From assembly GCA_035221665.1 (NCBI GenBank), contig CM069148.1, positions 26,164,001 through 26,228,000 of the forward strand: a stretch of 64,000 bases of DNA, written 5' to 3'. The notes under the pieces are model-generated. The model searched no databases, had not been told where the DNA came from, and saw only the letters and a program-made list of their open reading frames with translations. The DNA is from Okamejei kenojei (taxonomy: Eukaryota). Of this stretch, positions 53,385-64,000 are shown piece by piece; positions within the stretch are counted from its first letter, which is position 1; every line of letters begins with the position of its first letter. The translations under genes were made by a program, and so were the position numbers.

Positions 53385-53578
53385 TTTTAAAGAAGGAACT
53401 GCAGATGCTGGAGAATCGAGGGTACACAAAAAGCTGGAGAAACTCAGCGGGTGCAGCAGCATCTAAGGAGCGAAGGAGATAGTCTGAAGAAGGGTCTCGA
53501 CCCGAAACGTCGCCTATCTCCTTCGCTCCTTAGATGCTGCTGCACCCGCTGAGTTTCTCCAGCTTTTTGTGTACCCTC
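53385..53578. mobile_element. Penelope-derived short fold-back element with a minimal hammerhead motif
   Basis: Inverted pseudo-LTR halves around CTGAAGAAGGGTCTCGACCCGAAACGTC. 14-bp TSD GCTGCTGCCTCAGG at 53371-53384 and 53579-53592. Confidence 0.8.
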
Positions 53579-56500
53579 GCTGCTGCCTCAGGGTCTGGTT
53601 CCCAAGCGACATACGTTGGTACCTGGTGATTCAGCCTAGATGCAAATAGATTGATATCTGGTGTGCCATATTGCTTTGTAATTTCAGCAAATACTTTGGG
53701 ATTTATCGTTATCATTAAATTTGCGTGACCTGGTGTCTGCCACTGTATTTTGCTTACCTGGTAGGTAAGTTGCTGATAACCAAATATGTCTTTCGACACA
53801 CCATTGCCAGATTACGTTGTCCAAATTGTCACATGATATCGACTTTACACCACCCATGTGGTTGATATAAGCCACCACCGTGGTATTATCTAATTGCAAC
53901 CGGACATGTGCGTGATGCATATTAGATGAATATGCTTTTAAACCATAAAACGCACCCAACATTTCTAAGTAGTTAATCCCCCGTGTCTGTAGGCAAGATG
54001 ATTCAAAATTAGTCCATCTGCCCCCTGTGCTGTATTGCATGTTAGTTGCTCCCCAGCCCAAAGCACTGGCATCCATTTGAATGGTTAATACTGGGTTGGT
54101 GATTATTATGGGACTGGAGCTAAGCCTAATGTTCCTTGTCCACCATTGTAACTCTGGAAATGGATTCAGCAGTTAAATTAATAACTCGGTCAAAGTGATC
54201 TGAGTTTTTCTTTAGCGCATGCACTTTTGTTCTTTGTAAATTTTGATAGTGCAGAGGCCCAAATTGTACAGCTGGAAAGGCTGCTACTATTTTCCCAATG
54301 ACACTAGCTACCTGCCATATGGTTGGCTGATGATTAACCATTAGTTCGTTGCATGATTGTGCCAACTGTGATGCTTTCCCCTTCAGCAGAGTTACAGTCA
54401 TGCGAATAGTGTCAATCGTAAATCCAAGATAATCCATGATTGTGGACGGTGTCAAATTGGATTTATCTGGATGTATGACAAACCCCAAAGTTGCATACAA
54501 ACGTTTGGTGGCTGCTACTGCCGAAATGGCTGTCTCCAAGGTTTTCCCTACTATTAAAATGTTGTCAAAGTACGCCATGACTATATGCTTTTGTTTCCTT
54601 AATAATGCCAAGGCAGGTTTTAAGATTTTTGTGAATAAACTTGGAGCTGAGGTTAGCCCATTTGGCAAGGCTTTAAATTGCCATAGCTGTTTCATCCAGA
54701 TAAACTTTAGGTATTTACGATGTTCCTTGTGTATGGGTACTGAGTAGTAGGCATCTTTTAAATCAATGCTTGCCAGAAAGTACCCTCTAGAAATCAATTG
54801 TCTGGCTGTTTCAAAAGTTTCCATCTTGAAATGTATATACTTAACAGATTTGTTAAAAGAAGTTAAGTCAATGATGATGCGACATCCACCATCTTTTTTA
54901 GTTTTAGTGAAAATATTAGACACAAATTCCAAAGGTTCATGTTTTGTTCTTTCAATGACACCTTTTGCTAGTAGCCTCATCAGTTCAGCTTGACCCTCTT
55001 GTTTCTCTTTGACTGAGAGGGTGAATACCCTTTGGGGTATATGCTGAACCGGCGGCATGTTTTCATGAACGAAGTCAATTTTATAGTCATGAATGCTGCT
55101 GAGTATATATTTGTCATTAGTGGTAGACTCCCATGCATCCAAAAACAAGTGCAATCTCCCCCGTTAGTATAGAGCCCCTACTGCTCATATGCTGAGAGGA
55201 ACCAGACCCACCTACCTCCATGGTTACTGGTGCTTCTTCTGCCCCTTCGCTGGATGATGAGGTGTCTGCTGGGGTGTAGACGGCTGCTGTTGATGTTGAT
55301 GTTGATGAGGGTGGCGCATTCTCCATGGGGTCCGCTCTGGGCCCTGGCCTAAAAAAGGCTTACGGGGAATGGTTGCGGACCCCCAGCTTTCACCAGTCCC
55401 ATATGGTGGATGCCATGGGGTACTGCCGCCTGGGTTTGTTAGGTCTGCTCGGCTCCAAACCTACCCTCACGAGACCAAAGGTCTTGGACTCTTCCTCCAG
55501 GTCTTTCACCTTTTTTGGAAGGTCATTTCCAAAGACCAGAATTGGAGGTTCTGAACCCGGTGTTTTGCAAAGTCCTGCAAACTTAGGGTTGAGGGCAAGC
55601 TTGATGATTTCCTTCCGTAAATTGTTAATCTCGAATTGAGTGGTGCACAGCAGAGCTACTGTACCTTGCTGATTAGTGGTAATGTCCACACCATCTATGG
55701 ACCGAACATATGAAACTATTCCTGCTGCCAGGAGTTTTAGGGTTTTCTGGAGCTTCAACTCCAGGTTCCTGATATTCTGCCCCAAATGTCCCCAAATTTG
55801 GCTGTTTACAGCTGGTACATTCAATGATGTACAATTTTCTGGGGCTGAATATAGTTCAAGAGCCTCATTGACCACCCGTTCTTGTAGGGGTTTTGAGGAC
55901 AGGTGGTCAATGCTGGCTGCAAATTTTGGCTCTGAAGGCCAACCCGCTCGTGGAGTGACCACATAGCGGTTGACCACACCCAGCAGCACTTCCTGATCCT
56001 GTACACCCTGCGTACTCCGGACATCTTCAGCCAGCGACCCCTCTTCTTGACCAGCCCAGACCTGGTCGCCAATGCTGCCTTCAATAGAAGGTGAAGCAAT
56101 GGCCAGTGCCGCAAAGGGCACTGCGGGAGTGCCTGAGCTCCCTTGGTGCGTCTGCTGCTGCTCTCTCAGCAGATCTCGCTGGAGCAATTGCTCCATAAGC
56201 CACTCCATTCGGCTTAGACGGCTGCCTTTGCCGCTCTCGAGCGGTGAGGCATCTTCATCTGAATCATCGGATACTACCGCCCGGTTCTGGCTGCAGGTAC
56301 CTCCAGCCCGCTGCTCAGGCTGCACTAGCGGTGCTGGGCTCGGCTCGGTAGTTAATCCTGCTGCCTCTCGCCCCCCCTCCAAAGAACGCTCCTCAACGGG
56401 AGATGAACGGGGGCGAGCTACAGATTTCTTTCCTCTGGTCTTGCCCATTCTTTCTGGAACACAAAGCAGACCACAGAGAAAATACACACGGCCACGGTAA

Positions 56501-57612
56501 AACACTTACCTGTCGGCCCGACTTTCAAATTGTAGCAGGAGCGACTTGAACTCCCGTTCGTCGCGGGTGCACTGCACGAACGCTAATGTCGCGCATGCGT
56601 GCTGGACGGGGTCTTCACGTAGTCACTCACGTGACTCCAAAATAAAATCGGGTGCTGTAGATAATCAGTCCTGCATGCCTTTGCTGGCGATCGCGGCAGT
56701 TTTTAGGAGTCTCTTAGATTATACTGTTCAAGTTTTAGCCATAAGTCAACTTCTCTCGCGGGCCTGTCCGCTTTTCTGTTCACTGTCGGGCTGACTCTGA
56801 TCCCGACTGGGCTTTCTCTGTTTTCTCCCCCCACCGGGTTGACTGTTCCCGGTTGGGCTGAAGACTCAGCCTCTGTCGGTGGCTCTCTGGACCTGTCCGT
56901 GGCCTTCACGGTACTAGGCCCCACCCGACGTCTGTGGCTGCTGCATGGGCTTGGCTGTGGGCTGCACAGCCCTGGATACATTCCAGGTAAGCTGACACCG
57001 TGCTTGCTGACCCTTGCTGCCCCTGCTTGTTTTCCTAGCTCTTCCCTGAGCTATTGCTTCCCGTTCCTACCTTTTTCCTTTTTGGCGCCAATTCAAAACC
57101 ATTTGGCTTGGTGCTGTTCCACTTGTTTCCAAATACTACTTATATTTTTAACTTTTGTTTTTGATTTTTATTGCTGGCCTTGTTCTTATCTTTGTTCTTT
57201 TATCCTCGTCGCCAATTGTTGTGTATTCGGATGCTTTGAACAGTCGTGAATAAAGGCTCGGACACGGGAGGAATCATACAAGCTTCTCTTCTGCAGGACG
57301 CCACCTCCAGTCTTTTTCTGCTCATGCGTACTTGCCCCAGACATCACAAGACACCAATTACTTATCCTAATTATCCCATAACTAACGCTCCTCCCCCCCT
57401 TTAACTTGGAGGCAGGTAATACCTTTTCTATTACATACACAGCACTCCTCCCCTTTTAAGTCCATTTCACCTGTACGGTATATGCTCTTTTCCTACTATT
57501 GTGCGCTTGTGATTTTAATTTAGCATTTGTCCTTTCATTACAGTTTTACTTTACAGACACAGATTATTGTTTTTGAACTACATGCATCAAAAGCTGATTC
57601 GCACATGAATTA

Positions 57613-57891
<279 letters not shown>

Positions 57892-59081
57892 TTAAACCAG
57901 TACTACTACACAACATTTAAGAAACATTTAGACAGGTACATCGATGGGATAGGTTTAAAGGTTTATGGGCCCAATGTAGACGTCAGACTAGTGTAGATGG
58001 GGCATGTTGGTCGGTGTGGGCAAGTTGGGCCGAAGGACTTATTTCCACGCTCTATGATTGACTCTCCGATACAGTCTGAAGAAGGGTCCTGACCCAAAAC
58101 GTCACCTATGCATTCCCTCCACAGATACTGTATAACCCGCTGAGTTCCTCCCGCACTTCGTGTTTTGCTCAAGATTCCATTACATGTGGTTCCTTGCATC
58201 TTCACTATTTTGTAGTTCTTTGGCACAAGCACATCCATAATGATCTTACAAGAGTGACTAGTACAGAGTAATTTATGATACAACAAGATAAAACTATTCG
58301 ACTCAAACTTTTCTATCGCTTATTACATTAAAATATGCTAGGACTAATTTTCGTTTAGCTTGGAATTTCAGCACATTGCTTAAAGGTTTATTTCTAAGTC
58401 TGAAGAAGGGTCCTGACCCAAAATGTCAACCTATCCATGTTCTCCAGAGATACTGCCTGAACTGCTGAGTTATTCCAGAATTTTGTCTTTTTTTTTGTTG
58501 TAAACCGACATCTGCCGTTCCTTGTTTGTGTCTACTCTGCCAGTACCATTGTTTGTTTAGAGATACAGCGTGGAAATAGACCCTTTGGCCCACTGAGTCC
58601 ATGCCACACAACGATCACACACACACTAGTTCTATGTTATCTGATTTCATCTCCCTGCACACTAGCGGCAATTTACAGAAGCAAATTAACCCACAAACCA
58701 GTACATCTTTGGAACGTGGGAGGAAAATGGAGCATCTGGAGAAAATCCAAGCAGCCACAGGGAGAGCATGCAAACTCCACACGGACCACCTGGGGTCAGG
58801 ATCGAACCCGGGTCTCTGGTGCTGTGAGGCAGCAACTCTACCAGCTGCGCCAAGAGATGAAATACCCAACACTGCATTTGTTGACATTCCTTAACTCCTG
58901 GTTGCAATACCACAAACAAATATTTTCAGTCGCTAACTCTCCTTTGTTTTCCAGAACTTGGTGCTATGTACCCATTTTTAAAAAACTTGTTGACATGTAT
59001 AGGGGGGAATAAAAACAAAAGTACACAAAAAAAAATTAAATGAGAGAATGTGTGAAAAGCAAATTCAAGTTAAAACTTTAC

Positions 59082-59160
59082 CTTCAAACATATCTACCAT
59101 TCTGAAAAAGGCTAAAGAAAAGGAAGATTTCCCACTGCCAGTCCGTCCACAGATTCCAAC
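59082..59160 (-). CDS. ABCC8: SUR1 exon (34 equivalent): NBD2 Walker A
   Basis: [26 protein letters not shown]; 79 nt. Confidence 0.95.
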
Positions 59161-62100
59161 CTGTGGACCAAATGGATTCCATTGTGAAGTATTATCAGTA
59201 CATGGTAAAGCATTTAAACAATGTGCTACACCAATGCGAACATTGTCGTATTTTTAATCAGTCATTCTAGAAATTTTATAAATCATGACCTATATCTGGG
59301 AATAAAATGAAGCAAAGAGCACTCATTATTTTGTTGTAGAGTAAATCTGCAGCTGCAACTAAACATTATGGAGATCCAAAAATGGTGCTTCTCCCTTGAC
59401 CTAGATGCACAGAATCTCTTGCCCAGAGTAGGGGAATCGGTGACCAGTGGACATAGGTTCAAGGTGAGGGGGAAAAGATTTAAAAGGAATCTGAGGGATA
59501 ACATTTTCCCTTAAAAGGGTGGTGGGTGTTTGGAACAAGCTGCCAGATGAGGTAGTTGAGGCTGGAACTATCCCAACTTTTAAGAAACAGATAGGTACAA
59601 GGGCCTGGGTTTCCACACTATATCACACAATGCCATGTAGAAAGAAGGGGTGATAGACACAAAAAGCTGGAGTAACTCCAGCAGGTCAGACAGCATCTCT
59701 GGTGAAAAGGAATGGGTGAATTTCGGGTCGAGACCCTTCTTTAGACTTCTACAAAACAGGGTTTTGAAAGACATGTAAGGAAGTAAAGTGTGTAGGAAAG
59801 GAACTGCAGATGCTGGTTTAAACCGAATATAGACACAAAATGCTGGAGAAAACCAATGGGTCAGGCAGCATCTCTGGAGAAAAGGAATAGGTGACGTTTC
59901 GGATAGGAACCCTTCATCAGATTTAAAGATGTGACATTTCTGTCCCCACTTAACATTCACCATTAACATCCCAGAAGAACTGGTGTTTTCTTAACTGTTA
60001 ATTATTTGGTAGAAACAAGGAACTGTAGATGCTGGTTTACGAGAAAAGTCACAAAATGTTGGGGTAATTCAGTGGGTCAGGTAGCATCTCTGGAGAACAA
60101 GGATAGGTGACTTTACTTTAGACTTTACAGAAATAGTGTGGAAACAGGCCCTTCGGCCCACTGCGTCAGCGCCAACCAGCGATTGCCCCATACACTAGCA
60201 CTATCCTACACACCAGGTACAATTTACATTTTTTACCAAAACCCATTAACCTACAACCTTGTTCATCTTTAGAAGAAACCAGAGAACCAGGAGAAAACCA
60301 ACGTGGCCACATGGAGAATGTACAAACTCTGTACAGACAGCACCTGTAGTCGGGATCGAACCTGCGTCTCTACCGCTGCTCCATGCTTCAGATTGGGACC
60401 TCACTTCCCGACCCAAAATGTCACCTCTCCATGTTCTCCAGAGATGTTCCCTGATTCAACTTGCTCAAGATTTCAGTATCTGCAGATCCTTGTGTATCCA
60501 TTTTACTGAAAAGACTCCCATCGCTTGCCAGGCTTAGTCCCACCCCACCTCTCTTTCCCAACTTCCTCCCCCCTACTACATTCAGTCTGAAGAAGGGTCT
60601 TGACCTGAAACATCATCTGTCCATTCAGATGCTGCCTGACTGGCGCTTTTTGTTTTGCTAAAAATTCCAACAGCTGCAGTTAACATAGAAAAATAGGTGC
60701 AGGAGTAGGCCATTTGGCCTTTCGAGCCAGCACCGCCTTTCAATATGATCAAGGCTGATCATCTAAAATCAGTACTCTGTTCCTGTTTTTTCCTCATCTC
60801 CCTTGATTCCTTTAGCCCTAAGAGCTAAATCTAACTCTTGAAAACGTCCAGTGAATTGGCCTCCAGAGCCTTCTGTGGCAGAGAATTTCACAGATTCACA
60901 ACTCTCTGGGTGAATAAGTTTGTCCTCATTTCTAACTGTTCTGCCATTTTCTCATCCTGCCATAGTTCCTTGCTTAATTGCTATCTGGCAGTGAGGATTT
61001 TTTTAATCTGACCAAAGAGCTACATTTACCTACCCAATAAATCATAGATCATTTCAAAATTAATTTGCAAATGCATTTTTCTCACAATTCAAATGAATGT
61101 TATTGGGTAACTGAAATGTCGATGAATTTGTGTTATAATAGCAAATAAAATAGTCATGCTGCACCAGTGTTCCATAAACAGTAATGGCTTTACTTTTATT
61201 TTGGTTACAGAGAAAGAATATTGAAGAGAATACTAGGGAAAACTGCGTCTTAGTTGGATTGCATTAGCCTGAATAGACAGATGTTAACTCATCTGGCAAT
61301 TCTGTATCTTGACCTGCTGCAGATTAAGATCCAGTTGCAGTGTCGGATTAATCCATAACCTTTCATCTGAGGAGTGGGTTTTCTTAGGCTGATCTGAGAT
61401 AACAATTTAGTTTAGTTTAGAGATACAGCGTGCAAACAGGCTCTTTGGCCCACCGAGTGCTCGCCGACCAACGATCCCACCACACAAACACTATCCTACA
61501 CACACCAGGGACAATTTACAATTATACCAAAGCCAATTAGCCTTCAAACAAGTACGTCTTTGGAGTGTGAGAGGAAACCGGAGCACCCGGAGAAAACCCA
61601 CATGGGTCAAGGGGAGAACGTACAGAGTCCATACATACAGCACCCGTAGTCAGGATCGAACCTGGGTCTCTGGCGCTGTAAGGCAGCAGCTCTACTGCTG
61701 CACCACTGTGTTGCCCACAGTGCATTGATAAGGTGATTTTTATGTATAATATATTATAATGTCATATCTCCTCTTTCTTATACACTTGATAACAGTATTT
61801 CATATTACGAGTGACATAGGAAGGGTAGAAATTTCTATGCAGGGTAGAAATGTCAAAAGACTACAGGGCATAGGTTTGAGGTGAGAGGAGCAAAGTTTAA
61901 AGCCCATGTGCGAGGCACGTTTTTGCACAGAGGGTGGTAGTGGTCTGGAACACACTGCCAGGGGTGATGGTGGAGGCAGATACGATAGTGGCGTTTTAAG
62001 AGGCTTTTGGATTAGCACATGGATATGCAGGGAATGGAGGGGCCTGGATCACACGCAGGCAGAGAAGATCAGTTGAACCTGGCATCATGTTCCGTGTGGA

Positions 62101-63649
62101 CATTGTGGGCCGAATGGCCTGTTCGTGTGCCGTATTGTTTGGTCTGCAGATAATTCCCGATGTGAAAATTCCCAACCCATGTTTCCCCAGAGATGCTGCC
62201 TGACCCACTCAGTTACTCCAGCATTTTGTGTCTTTTTTTTGTAAACTAGCATCTGCGTTTCTATATTGTAGCCTTTCATGTTCTAAGTTAATCAACTATT
62301 ATTAGTAATATTATTTTTAGTCTATTTGGTTTACATTGCTGCCTTTTAAAGGTTTTAGAATTCTAATCTTTGCCATCTTCTCGATAAATACCCAGTTGTT
62401 TCAATGCCTTAACTCTCTTTAATGTAAATTAATTAATGCTCCAAGGTTTCTATTTTCAGGAATAGAAGACCCAAATCTCTTTTTTTAAGTACCTTTCTCT
62501 CCTTTCTTTCCTTTCTCCCGAGGACATCTACTCTAGTGTGAGTATACGCTCCACTTCAGTAGTAGCCCTATGGCATTATACATTTTAAAAGCCTGTCACA
62601 GCATGCTTAACTATGGACAGGGTGTATACTTTAACCTTGCCATTGAAACTCCAGCATAAGGGTCTGCTACATACACCAGAAATACAGCCTACTGAACCAG
62701 AGAGATTATTCAAGTAGAGTGTGGAAGAAAAAATGCTTTCTATTACAATGAGCAGTGCTTTTAAACATCAATGCATTACCTTGCTCTCTTTTAGTTTAAT
62801 TCAGTGGGTCAGGCAGCATCTCTGGAAAAAAGGAATAGGTGACGTTTTGGGTCTAGACTCTTCCTCAGACTGAGAGTCAATGGAGAGGGAAAGTAGAGGT
62901 ATGAAAAGTTACAAAGAACAAATGGATGAAAGGTATGGAAAGAACAAATCAAAGCCATCCACTCTATCCGGCCTTTCATTATTCGGTAGGTTTCAATGGG
63001 ATCTGCTGCCATGGTTTCAATGAGATCCTGGTAAGTACTGTGAGATCTACACTCTATATTGCCTGTAATGCTACAGTTAAACATGAAAACGGGTAATTTA
63101 TATCTTTAGAGTTTAGTTTAGAGGTCCAGAATGGAAACGGGCTCCGCAACCCACCGAGTCCACGCCGACCATTGTGCATGCGTTCACACTAGCTCTATGC
63201 TATGCCACGTTTGCTTTCACTCCCTGCACATGAGGGGCGTTAGGAAATCCCTTCAACAAACAAAAGTAAGAGACTTTCTGTAAGATATGTAGCAGAAACA
63301 GTTAGTTTTAATTCAGAAAACTGGCAGTAGTTTGCATTGATTGATTGAAAGATACAGCGTGAAAATGCCCTTTAGCCCACCAATGCCCACCATGCCGGCC
63401 ATTAATCACCCGTTCCCCCTCGTTCTATGTTATTCCGCTTTCTCATTCATTCCCCACACATTTGCCGCAATTCACAGAGGTCAATTAATCTACAAATCCA
63501 CATATTTTTGGGATGTGGGTGGAAAGTGAACTTCCCAGAAGAAACCTATAGCTCAGGCCCTGGCAACATCCTCATAAATCTTAACTGCACTCTTCCCAGC
63601 TTAATTCCATCCTTTCTACAGCAGGTTGACTATAACTTAGCCATCTTAC

Positions 63650-63780
63650 CTTCTGCCCTGGACTGATGTGAACATTCACGTTCTTTAGCACTGGCTTAAG
63701 GGTGCTGTCGTACCGAACGCTGAGATTCTGGATTTTGATCTCACCCTCATCTGGCCAATTAGGAGGAATCTGAGAAGGTG
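63650..63780 (-). CDS. ABCC8: SUR1 exon (33 equivalent)
   Basis: [44 protein letters not shown]; 131 nt; CTACAG acceptor, GTAAG donor. Confidence 0.94.
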
Positions 63781-63862
63781 CTGTAGCAATTTATCCAGGA
63801 GAAGAAACAAATAGTTAAAAGATTGTTTGCTGGCATAACTAATTGGTCATTGGCATTCTAAT

Positions 63863-64000
63863 GGGCCTGTCCCACTTAGGCGATTTTCTGGGCGACTGCC
63901 GCAAAATTTTCAACATGTTGAAAAATTTCGGCGACAGTGGCGACAATTTTTGCTGTTGTAGGTTGTCGTAGGTTGTCGTTGGTTGACGTAGGTTGTTGTA
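63863..64000. mobile_element. Harbinger-like MITE left end (continues beyond the window)
   Basis: GGGCCTGTCCCACTTAGGCGA TIR, same family as 22492-23021. Confidence 0.65.

Larger units (their letters stand above)
48868..56648 (-). mobile_element. DIRS1-type retrotransposon, copy B (gag, RT/RNaseH/methyltransferase-like, YR), interrupted by L1 and a Penelope short element
   Basis: ORFs 55390-56505 (gag), 54126-55154 (RT, YFDN at the YxDD position), 53684-54076 (RNaseH: DAS..GWGA, INYLE, DNTT, NTVAD), MT-like motifs (NLFAS, FPPF, PDWPTQPW) and 49305-50244 (YR). Same ITR/ICR as copy A; the 3' terminal extension is deleted. Confidence 0.92.
48635..57555 (-). mobile_element. Second solo-LTR-like copy (5-bp TSD GACAC), split by DIRS copy B
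   Basis: 48635-48867 plus 56649-57555 are collinear with 19347-20464; TSD at 48630-48634 and 57556-57560. Confidence 0.8.

Noticed and set aside
53081-53700. DNA adenine-methyltransferase-like motifs as a novel or horizontally acquired gene
   Set aside because: This is a known domain of DIRS1-group pol; here it is disrupted by insertions.

Overview
Vertebrate genomic DNA, most likely a cartilaginous fish such as a skate or ray (inferred from HE1-type tRNA SINEs, CR1 LINEs and Penelope short elements). Three host genes lie in the same order and orientation as human 11p15.1. (1) On the + strand is the 3' part of an NCR3LG1/B7-H6-like Ig gene (1-21762): a C1 exon, a transmembrane exon and then six further in-frame C1-set Ig exons, predicting a ~670-aa tandem-Ig region after the membrane anchor. 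(2) KCNJ11/Kir6.2 has an uninterrupted CDS on the - strand (36375-37619). (3) The last seven coding exons of ABCC8/SUR1 lie on the - strand (40574-63780). Introns and intergenic DNA hold two DIRS1-type tyrosine-recombinase retrotransposons, L1, CR1, Vingi-like, Penelope and Rex1-like LINE pieces, two copies of a 1.1-kb TG..CA solo-LTR-like element, TIR DNA transposons and many SINEs. Most notable observations: the post-TM Ig array, with a symmetric skippable TM exon; a conserved U UUU UUA heptamer and conserved splice signals in both DIRS copies; ~140-nt elements made of an HDV-like ribozyme plus a Vingi tail, one in sense orientation just downstream of ABCC8; many minimal hammerhead motifs; and a four-level transposon nest. 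All calls were made by eye without database searches.
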